Position numbers and translations under genes: made by a program
DNA from: Nitrospinales bacterium
Lineage (GTDB): Bacteria > Nitrospinota > Nitrospinia > Nitrospinales > JAJDAT01
Length of the DNA: 17,254 nt
Direction of reading: 5' to 3'
Assembly: GCA_046757665.1 (NCBI GenBank)
Contig: JBHHYO010000058.1
Span: 1 to 17,254 of the forward strand
The notes under the pieces: model-generated
Told to the model about the DNA's origin: nothing
The model's input: the letters and a program-made list of their open reading frames with translations, nothing else
The model's database searches: none
Shown: piece by piece, positions 1-8,882 of the stretch
Numbering within the stretch: position 1 is the stretch's first letter
Layout: the number at the start of each line of letters is the position of its first letter

Positions 1-334
1 TCAGTACGATGAGGAGCCGTGATCGTTTTTTTCAATCTGCCCATACTAAAGGAAATCAAACATACGGAAAACGCAAGAAAAATTAAGGGAGTAATCGCTT
101 TGGAAATTACAAAGCAAAATGGCCGGGTGGCGGGCGATTTAAAAAGTTCATTGGAGCCTTTCCCGGTTTTTTTTGTCACCCGCGTACAAACCGGAGTGCG
201 GCGGCCAAAGTTGCGGGCCGGGTGGGCTCCGCGGTTGAGTTTGTTGTGGAAATGAGCTAAAACAAATAACAATCGCCGTGTCATGTAAGGATTCTCGTGG
301 GAATTGGCGAAGAAATTATCGGAGTATTTATGTG

Positions 335-1447
335 ATGTATTGCAAGAAATGTGTTTTGCCGGATACGCGCCCAGGCGCTTTTTTAAATGAAGACGGGGTG
401 TGCGCGGCCTGTGTCGGCCATGAAGAAAAAATAAAAACAATCGACTGGGACCAAAGAAAAGACCAGCTCGAAAAGATTATCGAGGAATTTAGAGGAAATG
501 CAGGCAATTACGATTGTCTGATACCGGTTAGTGGAGGGAAAGACAGCACCTATCAGGTCCATATGATCAAGAATGTTTATAAGTTGCGTCCGCTGTGCTT
601 TACTCTCCAGACACCGGCAGGCACGGAACTGGGACGCAGAAACCTGGAAAACCTTGTTAACATGGGCGTGGACCACATAGGCTTATCCATCAATCCGGAA
701 ACGGAAAGGAAGTTTGTTTGCAAGGCGCTGGAAAAAGCCGGAAACCCGGGCCTCCCCTTCCATATGGCCGCCTTTGCCTCCACGGCGCGCATCGCGGTCA
801 ATTACAAAATTCCTCTCGTGATTTGGGGAGAGAGTACGCAGATGGAATATGGAGGAGATGACGACGACCGAAAGAACCCTTATTTGGATCTAAACTGGGT
901 CAAAAAATATGGCTGTTGCAACGGTACGACCGTGGAAGACTGGGTCGATGAAAACCTAACCGCCCAGGACCTCTATCCATACACTTTCCCATCGGAAGAA
1001 GAGCTGGCGGAGGCAAAAGTTCAATCTATTTTCCTCGGCTATTATTTCAAGTGGGATCCTTATGAAAATTTTGCGATCGCCAAGGAATGCGGTTTCCAAG
1101 AACGCAAGGACGGACCGATAATGGGTCTTTACAATTTCGCCGACCTCGACTGCGATTTCATTGTGGTTCACCATTTTATCAAATGGTATAAATTTGGCGT
1201 GACCCGGCTTTTTGACAATGTAAGCGTCGAAATAAGAAACGGCAGAATGACCCGGGAGGAAGGGATTCAACTTATCAAGGCAACCAAGGTCGAACCCCCC
1301 AGGAGACACATCGCCTGCCTGTGCAAATTCCTCAAAATTTCCGAGGAACGTTTCTGGGAGATTCTGGAAAAATTTCGCAACCATGATATCTGGAAACAAG
1401 ATTCCAGGGGGCAGTGGTATATGCCCGATTATCTGAAAGGGTTGTAA
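335..1447 (+). CDS. N-acetyl sugar amidotransferase, WbuX/PseA family (PP-loop ATPase for surface-glycan modification)
   Basis: N-terminal YCKKCVLPDTRPG...GVCAAC Cys motifs, YDCLIPVSGGKDS PP-loop, WGE, and C-terminal KFG...IRNGRMTREEG, all typical of the family. GGAG at 321-324 favours a start at GTG332 or ATG335 over the ORF-track start at 278. Confidence 0.88.
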   Translation: MYCKKCVLPDTRPGAFLNEDGVCAACVGHEEKIKTIDWDQRKDQLEKIIEEFRGNAGNYDCLIPVSGGKDSTYQVHMIKNVYKLRPLCFTLQTPAGTELGRRNLENLVNMGVDHIGLSINPETERKFVCKALEKAGNPGLPFHMAAFASTARIAVNYKIPLVIWGESTQMEYGGDDDDRKNPYLDLNWVKKYGCCNGTTVEDWVDENLTAQDLYPYTFPSEEELAEAKVQSIFLGYYFKWDPYENFAIAKECGFQERKDGPIMGLYNFADLDCDFIVVHHFIKWYKFGVTRLFDNVSVEIRNGRMTREEGIQLIKATKVEPPRRHIACLCKFLKISEERFWEILEKFRNHDIWKQDSRGQWYMPDYLKGL

Positions 1448-1515
1448 TTTGCGGAAACAATAATCTCTTTCATGCGGAGCAGGCACCGCGCAGAAAAAAT
1501 TGGAGTAAACATATT

Positions 1516-1863
1516 ATGAAACTGGAACTTTACGAAAAACCCAGGGAGTTTAAACAGAAAACCGCCACCACGCGGGATTATGGAAAAATCCGCCTGGAGG
1601 AGAACGAGATGATATCGTTTAAAACCCCATCCGGCAGGGAAAACGACGTGACGGCCTATTCCTGGGGATTATATATTGCACCCTCCGTGAACAACCGTTT
1701 AAAAAATGAAGGTTTCAAAACGGCCCTGGTTTTAAACGAACAGGGAAGAATCTTCATCAACATTGTTGAGCTGGACAAAGTCGAGGAGTTTCGAAGGTAT
1801 CTGAAGACGGGGCAAAACAGCGTTTTTCTCACCTGGCTGGATGAATGGGGCGAACCTGAATAG
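1516..1863 (+). CDS. Hypothetical protein (115 aa) in the glycan-biosynthesis block
   Basis: ATG1516 is preceded by GGAG at 1502-1505 and lies between two glycan genes on the same strand. The segment SWGLYIAPSVNNRLKNEGFKTALV resembles, from memory, small uncharacterised proteins found in sugar-biosynthesis clusters. Confidence 0.75.
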   Translation: MKLELYEKPREFKQKTATTRDYGKIRLEENEMISFKTPSGRENDVTAYSWGLYIAPSVNNRLKNEGFKTALVLNEQGRIFINIVELDKVEEFRRYLKTGQNSVFLTWLDEWGEPE

Positions 1864-1936
1864 CGTTACCCTGGTCGCCCACCGAACACACTTCCTTGAT
1901 CTCAAAAAACATCGCCTTGTTTCTTGATAATTTTTT

Positions 1937-3943
1937 ATGCCGTTATCTCACCGCACAATTCCCGCGTATCAGATTGAAGATTACTTAGCCGCGATACCTG
2001 AAGATTCGCGCATGGTCTTTGCTTTTTATAATAAGGAAACTTTCGAGAATTATTTCGAGCTTTACCAAAGGCTTTCGGAGACATTTCCTGGGACAAAACT
2101 TCTTTCGCTCAATTATTTTCTTTCAAAGTTTCTTGAAGAAAAAGGATTGGATCACGATTGCGTTTATGACAGAAAATCCACCCAACCCTATGCCGGGATT
2201 TTTGAGCAATCAAAAACATATGCCCAGAGCTGGTTTCAAGATAAAAACACGGGGAAAGATTTTACGGAATACCGGGGATTGCGATTGGGGCATTGCCTGG
2301 AGTTATTGATGTTCAACTTTTTTCAGTCCATGTTCACCTGCACCGTTAATATCGAAGAGTATCTGAAACATGAAAAGCCAAACCTGATGGTATACGTTTG
2401 TTCCGAGGATTTTTCCGGCCCACACGTCGATCCCTCGCTCAACTTTAATCCATTCAGAAAGTTGCTCCCTCTTCTGTGCCAACGGAACCAGGTAGAGTTT
2501 GTTGATATTCCACCTGTTGAATCAGAAGGCAAAAAACCCGCCACAAATAAAAGCGGGTTCCTCGAATTTTTCAAACCGGGGCCGTCTCTGTTTGTTTTGG
2601 GAATGGAATGGCGGCTACCCAAGCCGGTCTATCTAACCCTGAAAAATGGATTCTTGTTTTTTAAAAATCTTGTCGGCAAGGTCCGGCTCGGCGCCCAAAA
2701 AGCGAATATTCTGTTTTCTAGCCCCACGGCGGTCAATTACGCGGGGCCTCATGTTGTCGAGGCAATTCTCCGGTCGGGGGAATTCAATCTGTTTGTCTGG
2801 AAAGGAGAAAGCCGGCAACCGGAGATAATCAACATTCTTCCTCATCTAACCTGGGACTATCTCCCCAGCCAGGCAACACTTTTTTCCCTCCGCACTAAAT
2901 TCCGGAAGCAGTTTAAAAAGGACAGGGAAAAGCTCAAACGATCGACGGAGTACCAGGGGATGCCGTTTTCGGAAATCTTTCCATCGTACTTCGAAAACCT
3001 TTATCGAAGTTACTTTCCGCAACTGGTTGTCCATGCCAACAGCATGAAAGCACAACTCATCAAAAATAAAATCCGGATGGTTATCGTGCACAGCGATCAC
3101 TCCACTTTCGAACGCATGACTCTGCTGGTGGCTAAAGGTCTGTCGATCCCCTCCATCTATTTCCAACACGGGATCGAGCCGCGCCTGAAGCATTCCAAAC
3201 TGGGTTTCCCAAGTGACGCACGCTACCACTTTGTCTGGGGCAAATCCAACGAGAAGGACAGGCTCCACAAGGGCATGGATGAAAATCATATAAAAATCGT
3301 CGGTTGTCCGCTATATAAAGTTTCGGATGACAACCGGGAAGAACAGGCGCCGGAGATCAATAGTTCCGGCACGATTGTTTTGATCATGCACACGGCCGGG
3401 CAATTGCGAAGCGACGAACGGACCACTTATAGCGATAATGAACTGATAGTAAAACTTTCATTGGAGATGATTAAAAAATTCCCCGCGAAAAAATTGATCA
3501 TCAAGCTGAGACAAAACGACAAGCAAGCGGATATTTACCGTCAACTGATATCAAAAGCTCAAGTAAAAAACGCGGAAATCAATGATGAAAATATTATTCC
3601 CTTGCTGGAACAATGCGACTTGTTTTTGTTTACAGGGTCAACCGCGGCCTTGGAGGCGATGTTGCGGAACAAGCCGGGGGTTCAGTTGCTTTTTTATTTT
3701 AACGAAAAATCCATTTATGAAAACGACGAAATCCCCTATGCTGGCTATGGCGCAAACATGGAGGTGAAGAATCCTGTGGTCGAGGAGCTTGTCGGTGCCG
3801 TAAACAGCATTTACCGGTCGAATGCGGTGAGGGAAAAACTGCGGCAGGGAAGAATCAAGTTCATGCAGGATTTCTCCAACCTGGGAGCAGGGGACCCCGC
3901 GGAAAATTTTATAAAAGCATTAGAAGAATGTTTGTCAGGCTGA
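1937..3943 (+). CDS. Large surface-carbohydrate biosynthesis protein with a GT-B-like C-terminal half (putative glycosyl or phosphoryl transferase)
   Basis: 668-aa ORF with motifs SIYFQHG, HFVWG, IKIVGCP, LIIKLR and STAALEAMLRNKP. These match the capsule-synthesis / CDP-glycerol transferase / UDP-GlcNAc 2-epimerase-like GT-B superfamily. The substrate cannot be assigned. Confidence 0.7.
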   Translation: MPLSHRTIPAYQIEDYLAAIPEDSRMVFAFYNKETFENYFELYQRLSETFPGTKLLSLNYFLSKFLEEKGLDHDCVYDRKSTQPYAGIFEQSKTYAQSWFQDKNTGKDFTEYRGLRLGHCLELLMFNFFQSMFTCTVNIEEYLKHEKPNLMVYVCSEDFSGPHVDPSLNFNPFRKLLPLLCQRNQVEFVDIPPVESEGKKPATNKSGFLEFFKPGPSLFVLGMEWRLPKPVYLTLKNGFLFFKNLVGKVRLGAQKANILFSSPTAVNYAGPHVVEAILRSGEFNLFVWKGESRQPEIINILPHLTWDYLPSQATLFSLRTKFRKQFKKDREKLKRSTEYQGMPFSEIFPSYFENLYRSYFPQLVVHANSMKAQLIKNKIRMVIVHSDHSTFERMTLLVAKGLSIPSIYFQHGIEPRLKHSKLGFPSDARYHFVWGKSNEKDRLHKGMDENHIKIVGCPLYKVSDDNREEQAPEINSSGTIVLIMHTAGQLRSDERTTYSDNELIVKLSLEMIKKFPAKKLIIKLRQNDKQADIYRQLISKAQVKNAEINDENIIPLLEQCDLFLFTGSTAALEAMLRNKPGVQLLFYFNEKSIYENDEIPYAGYGANMEVKNPVVEELVGAVNSIYRSNAVREKLRQGRIKFMQDFSNLGAGDPAENFIKALEECLSG

Positions 3944-4048
3944 CAAAAAACCGATGCCTCTTGCGTTCCCAAAAGGTTGCCTCCCAAAGCCGGGAATCAG
4001 GGAAAAGAAACAACCATCCCCCACTCCAGCTAACCCAACAACAACCTG

Positions 4049-4077
4049 TTGATTTTAAAGGGCTAAGTTTATATAAT
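4049..4077 (+). promoter_or_regulatory. Sigma70-type promoter for nadB (probably leaderless)
   Basis: TTGATT (4049-4054), 17-nt spacer, TATAAT (4072-4077). ATG4085 follows 7 nt later and there is no SD sequence. Confidence 0.75.
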
Positions 4078-4084
4078 CAACCCG

Positions 4085-5746
4085 ATGAGAATTGACAAGG
4101 ATTTTCTGGTTCTGGGAAGCGGTATCGCCGGTTTGACCTACGCGCTCAAGGTCGCGCCATACGGCTCGGTCGGCATCATCACCAAGGACGCGCCGGCGGA
4201 GTCGGCCACGCGCTACGCCCAGGGCGGCATCGCCTCCGTGATGGCGGAGGACGATTCCTGCGACCTGCACGTCAAGGACACGCTGGAGGCGGGCCGGGGC
4301 ATTTGCCGGGAGGACGCCGTGCGCATCATCCTGCGCGACGGCCCCGCGCAAGTGCGCGAACTCATCGGCCTGGGCGCCGAGTTCACGCGCAATCCGGGAG
4401 CCGACTACCACCTCAGCCGCGAGGGCGGACACTCCAAGCGCCGCATCCTGCACGCGGAAGACCTGACGGGTTGGGAAATCGAACGCACCCTCATCGAAGC
4501 CGCGCGCGCCAACGGCAACATCGAATTTTTTTCCCATCACATGGCCATCGACCTGATCACGCAGGCGCGGCGGGACGCCTCGACGACACCGGGCGGCCCA
4601 CGCGACGAAGCCCTGGGAGCGTACGTGTTCGATATCCGTAACAACCGGGTACGCACCTTTTTGGGCAAGGTGATTCTTCTGGCCACCGGCGGCGCCGGAA
4701 AAATTTACCTGTACACCTCCAATCCCGACACGGCGACGGGCGACGGAATCGCCATGGCCTACCGTGCCGGGGCGCGCATCGCCAACATGGAGTTTTTCCA
4801 GTTCCATCCGACCTGCCTGTACCATCCGCGGGCCAAGTCGTTCCTCATTTCCGAGACCCTGCGCGGCGAGGGCGCCGTACTGCGCCTGAAAAACGGCGAC
4901 ACCTTCATGGAAAAACACCATCCCCTGGGTTGCCTGGCCCCGCGGGATATCGTGGCGCGGGCCATCGATTTCGAATTGAAAAAAAGCGGCGACGACTGCG
5001 CCTATCTGGACATCACTCACATCGAGGGCTACCGCGTGCGCGAGCGCTTTCCCAATATTTTCAAAAGATGCCTGGACTTCGGTTTCGACATGACAAAGGA
5101 ACCGATCCCCATCGTCCCCGCCGCTCACTACATGTGCGGCGGAGTGGCCGTGGACCTGAACGGGCAGACCAATATTCGGCGGCTCTTTGCCTCGGGCGAG
5201 GTGTGTTGTTCCGGACTGCATGGCGCCAACCGGCTCGCCAGCAACTCACTGCTCGAGGGGCTGGTGCTTTCCCACCGCGCCGCGGCCCGGGGAGCGGAGC
5301 TGTTGCGAACTGCCGCGCACGCCGAAACACGCACCGCCGGCATCCCCCCTTGGGACAGCGCCGGCGCCGTGGACAGCGACGAGTCCGTCGTCGTCTCTCA
5401 CAACTGGGACGAAATCCGGCGGCTCATGTGGAACTACGTCGGCATCGTCCGCTCAGACAAACGCCTCACCCGCGCCAAAAAACGCATCGAACTCCTGCTC
5501 CACGAAATCAAGGAATACTATTGGAATTTTCATATCACGAAAGACATCCTCGAATTGCGAAACATCGCCATCACCGCGCAGTTGGTTATCCGGGGAGCCC
5601 TTGAAAGAAAAGAAAGCCGGGGGCTCCACTTCACCATCGATTATCCCCGCCCCGACGATGCGAACTGGAAAAAGGAAACCCTGTTCCAGGACACCGTCCG
5701 GCGATTGATCATCCCTTTAAAAAACGAAACCACCCGCCATGAATGA
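4085..5746 (+). CDS. nadB: L-aspartate oxidase
   Basis: GSGIAG FAD-binding motif, TRYAQGGI, the NadB-typical REGGHS (Glu), QFHPT, ISETLRGEG, LAPRDIVARAI, PAAHYMCGG, HGANRLASNSLLE, and C-terminal RKESRGLH. Confidence 0.96.
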   Translation: MRIDKDFLVLGSGIAGLTYALKVAPYGSVGIITKDAPAESATRYAQGGIASVMAEDDSCDLHVKDTLEAGRGICREDAVRIILRDGPAQVRELIGLGAEFTRNPGADYHLSREGGHSKRRILHAEDLTGWEIERTLIEAARANGNIEFFSHHMAIDLITQARRDASTTPGGPRDEALGAYVFDIRNNRVRTFLGKVILLATGGAGKIYLYTSNPDTATGDGIAMAYRAGARIANMEFFQFHPTCLYHPRAKSFLISETLRGEGAVLRLKNGDTFMEKHHPLGCLAPRDIVARAIDFELKKSGDDCAYLDITHIEGYRVRERFPNIFKRCLDFGFDMTKEPIPIVPAAHYMCGGVAVDLNGQTNIRRLFASGEVCCSGLHGANRLASNSLLEGLVLSHRAAARGAELLRTAAHAETRTAGIPPWDSAGAVDSDESVVVSHNWDEIRRLMWNYVGIVRSDKRLTRAKKRIELLLHEIKEYYWNFHITKDILELRNIAITAQLVIRGALERKESRGLHFTIDYPRPDDANWKKETLFQDTVRRLIIPLKNETTRHE

Positions 5747-8047
5747 AAAATCAATCTTGACGCTTTTCCGGGACATCCTGGGGATATTGATGCTGGGCTT
5801 TACGCTGTTTGCCCTGATCACCCTGGTCTCCTATCATCCTCAGGACCCCTCCTTCAACAACTACGTTTCCGACAACCCGTCCAAGGTGCATAACCAGGGC
5901 GGCGTTGTCGGGGCTTACCTGTCGGATTCGCTCATCCAGGCGTTCGGTAGCGGCGCGTTTCTGTTTCCGCTGGTGACGCTTCTTTGCGGCTGGATAATGG
6001 TGCGCGGCCGGCAAGTGGAGCGCCGTCCGATCACCCTGGGCGCGGGGATTTTGTTGCTGGTCAACGTGTGCGCCCTGCTGTTCATCCAGTTTTCCGAGGA
6101 CCCCTATTTCGGCGTGACGGCGGAGCCCGGCGGCATCACCGGCACCGTCCTGGGCGGCATCCTGGTCCACTGGCTGAACATGACCGGCGCCAAGCTTTTG
6201 GTGTGGACCCTGCTGATCATTTCCCTGCTCGCCATGACGGGCGTCAGTGTCAACACCCTGATCGAGAGCCTGGGGAACATGGTCAACAAAACCGTTCTTT
6301 TGGCATTCGATGCGTTCACTGCATTGCAGGCGCTGTGCCGGAAAGCGCTGGGCCGCCTCAAAACCCGCGGTGCGGCGAAAAGCAAAAAACCGCGGCCCGC
6401 CGAACCGGTAATCGTTTCCCGGGAACCGGAAAACGCCGCGGCCGCCGGCGCGGAGAAAACAACCGCAAAGAACAAGGACGAAGATTTCGCCGTGCAGGAA
6501 AACCTGCCGTTCCCGGACGAACCGGGGAATTATCGGGTGCCGCCCCTGTCGATTCTCGACCCCATTCCGGAACCCGTGGATCCCGGCAAGGCCCGGGAGA
6601 TCATCCTCGCCCGCACCTCCACCCTGGAAAAAAAGCTGGAAGCCTTCGGCGTTGCCGGGCGGGTGGTGCAAGTCTTGCCCGGCCCGGTGATCACCCTGTA
6701 CGAATTTGAGCCGGCGCCGGGAGTGAAAGTCAGCCGCATCCTCTCCCTGACGGACGACCTGGCGCTGGCTATGCGCTCGGCCAGCGTCCGCATTCTCGCT
6801 CCCGTCCCGGGGAAACCCGTGGTGGGCATCGAAATTCCCAATCCGGCCAGGGAAACCGTCTATTTCAAGGAACTCGTTTCCTCCGCAAACTTTTCCGAAT
6901 CCTCCTCGAAACTCATCATGGCGCTGGGCAAGGACAACATCGGCGACCCCGTGGCGCTGGACCTGGCGCAGGTTCCGCATTTGCTGATTGCCGGAGCAAC
7001 CGGTTCCGGCAAAAGCGTGGGGATCAACGCGCTGATTTGCAGTATCCTGCTCAACGCCTCCCCGGATGAAGTCAAAATGATCATGATCGATCCCAAGATG
7101 CTGGAGCTGTCGCTTTATGACGGCATCCCGCACCTCATTTCTCCCGTGGTGACCAATCCCAAAAAAGCCGCCGCCGCCTGCAATGGGCGGTGACCGAAAT
7201 GGAAAGACGGTACCAGTTGATGGCCGGCAAGGGCGTCCGCAACATCAAGGCGTTCAACCTGATGGCGGAACGCTTGCAACGGGAAAAAGAATCGGCCCGC
7301 AAGAAAACCGGCAAAAAGAAATCCGCGCCCGCCGAAACGTTGTCCAACGCCTGGCAGGACACCCCGCCGGAACCGGAAGCCACCATGGCCAAACTGCCCT
7401 ACATCGTGATTGTCATCGACGAGCTGGCCGACCTGATGATGGTCGCCTCAAAGGCCGTGGAGGAAGCCCTGACCCGGCTGGCGCAAATGGCGCGGGCCGC
7501 CGGCATCCACTTGATCCTCGCCACCCAGAGACCGTCGGTGGACGTGCTCACCGGCATCATCAAGGCCAACTTCCCGGCGCGCATCGCCTTTCAGGTGGTG
7601 TCGCGCGTCGACTCGCGCACCATCCTGGACAGCACCGGAGCGGAAAAACTGCTGGGCAAGGGCGACATGCTCTTCCTGCCGCCCAGCACGTCCAGCTTGC
7701 GCAGAATCCACGGCGTGATGGTCAACGACGCCGAGATCAACCGCATCATCCACTTCATCAAGGAACAAAAACAACCGGAGTACCATGAAGGCATCTTCGA
7801 ACTGCCGGTGGAGGAAAAAGGCATCGACCTGGATGACGAAGAAGAGTTCGACGAAAAATACGACGAGGCGGTGGCTCTGGTGGCCAACGCCCAGCAAGCT
7901 TCCATATCCATGGTACAGCGAAAATTGCGGGTGGGATACAACCGCGCCGCGCGCATGATCGAGATCATGGAAAAAGAAGGCGTGGTCGGCCCCTCGGACG
8001 GCGTCAAGCCGCGGGAAGTTTACGTGAAACCCGCCTCGCTGGAATAA
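5739..8047 (+). CDS. ftsK: DNA translocase FtsK, frameshifted near 7178 (ORF pieces 5739-7193 and 7190-8047)
   Basis: N-terminal membrane domain (SYHPQDPSF, NQGGVVGAYLSD), PGPVITLYE, Walker A GATGSGKS, MIDPKMLEL. The second frame carries Walker B VIDELADLMM, ATQRPSVDV, GAEKLLGKGDML and the gamma domain SISMVQRKLRVGYNRAAR. One added base at 7178 restores KAAAALQWAVTEMERRY. Confidence 0.93.
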
Positions 8048-8101
8048 ATGCCGTCCGCAAACCGCGCCGCGGTCATCCCGCGGCCCGCCACCCGGTGACT
8101 C

Positions 8102-8860
8102 ATGCCGCGACCGCCAGACGAATCCCCGCCGGTTCTCTTCGTTTGCCTGGGAGCCAGCAACCTGGCGCGGGGCCATGACGCCCTGGCCGCCTGCCTGCGG
8201 AAGAACCTGTATCCGCGCCGCGTCCGCTTTTTGTTCGCGCTCGGTCCCGGCCGCGGTTATTGCGCCTGGGGCGGGTTCCTGCGCCTGGTCTATCCTCCCA
8301 TCAAAAACAGCCGCATTTTCGCCACTGCGGAAGAAAACACGCCATGCCGGGTGGTCGCCCTGGTGATGGACATCGGCAATGACATCATGTACAACATCCC
8401 GACCGAGGACATTATTGCCTGCCTGGAAAAAATTTTCCGGCGGCTACGGCAACTCAATGCGCTGATTCTGGCGTCCCCCATCCCGTCGTATCTGGAGACG
8501 GACTTGAGCCAGTTTTCGTTTCTCTGCCTGCGAAGCCTGTTCTTTCCGAAAAGCCGGGTCGGTTACAGCCAGGCGGTTTCCGGGGTGCGGCGCATCAACG
8601 AATTTCTCGCCAACGCCGGGGACGTCCGTTTGCTTTCCGGTCTGGAATCCTTTGCCGGCTGGGACAAAATCCATTACAGCCTGTTGACGGGGCACCGCGC
8701 CTGGTCCGCAATCGCCGCGCAAATCCTGCAAGCCCTGGACGTGGAACCACGCGCCGGGATCGGTTGCCGCGCAATGGCCGCCTCTTACGCCGCCAACCTG
8801 ACGCAACTGATCACCGCGGACGGCCTCCGCCTGCGCCCCCGCGGGCCGGAATATTTTTAA
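8102..8860 (+). CDS. SGNH/GDSL hydrolase-like protein
   Basis: Block I-like LGASNL (Ser), block II-like LGPGRGY, block III DIGND and block V DKIH (DxxH), in the expected order. The start codon is uncertain because there is no SD. Confidence 0.7.
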   Translation: MPRPPDESPPVLFVCLGASNLARGHDALAACLRKNLYPRRVRFLFALGPGRGYCAWGGFLRLVYPPIKNSRIFATAEENTPCRVVALVMDIGNDIMYNIPTEDIIACLEKIFRRLRQLNALILASPIPSYLETDLSQFSFLCLRSLFFPKSRVGYSQAVSGVRRINEFLANAGDVRLLSGLESFAGWDKIHYSLLTGHRAWSAIAAQILQALDVEPRAGIGCRAMAASYAANLTQLITADGLRLRPRGPEYF

Positions 8861-8882
8861 CCAACGACGCCACTTGTGGGGT

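Noticed and set aside
121..140. GGTGGCGGGCG as an ops/JUMPStart element ahead of the glycan genes
   Set aside because: It does not match the GGCGGTAG core.
19..255. 78-aa ORF at the window start, and a possible minus-strand start at 44 (MGRLKKTITAPHRT...)
   Set aside because: No recognisable motifs or convincingly placed SD, and too little sequence to support either.
4055..7133. Long antisense ORFs 4055-5221 (388 aa) and 5751-7133 (460 aa)
   Set aside because: They are shadow frames of nadB and ftsK caused by GC-rich codon usage, with no recognisable motifs.
7158..7170. CCCAAAAAAG as a programmed -1 frameshift site (dnaX-like A AAA AAG) in ftsK
   Set aside because: The in-frame codons are CCC AAA AAA GCC, not A AAA AAG. 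Slipping there would give KSRRRLQW instead of the conserved-looking KAAAALQW. A missing base near 7178 explains the data better.
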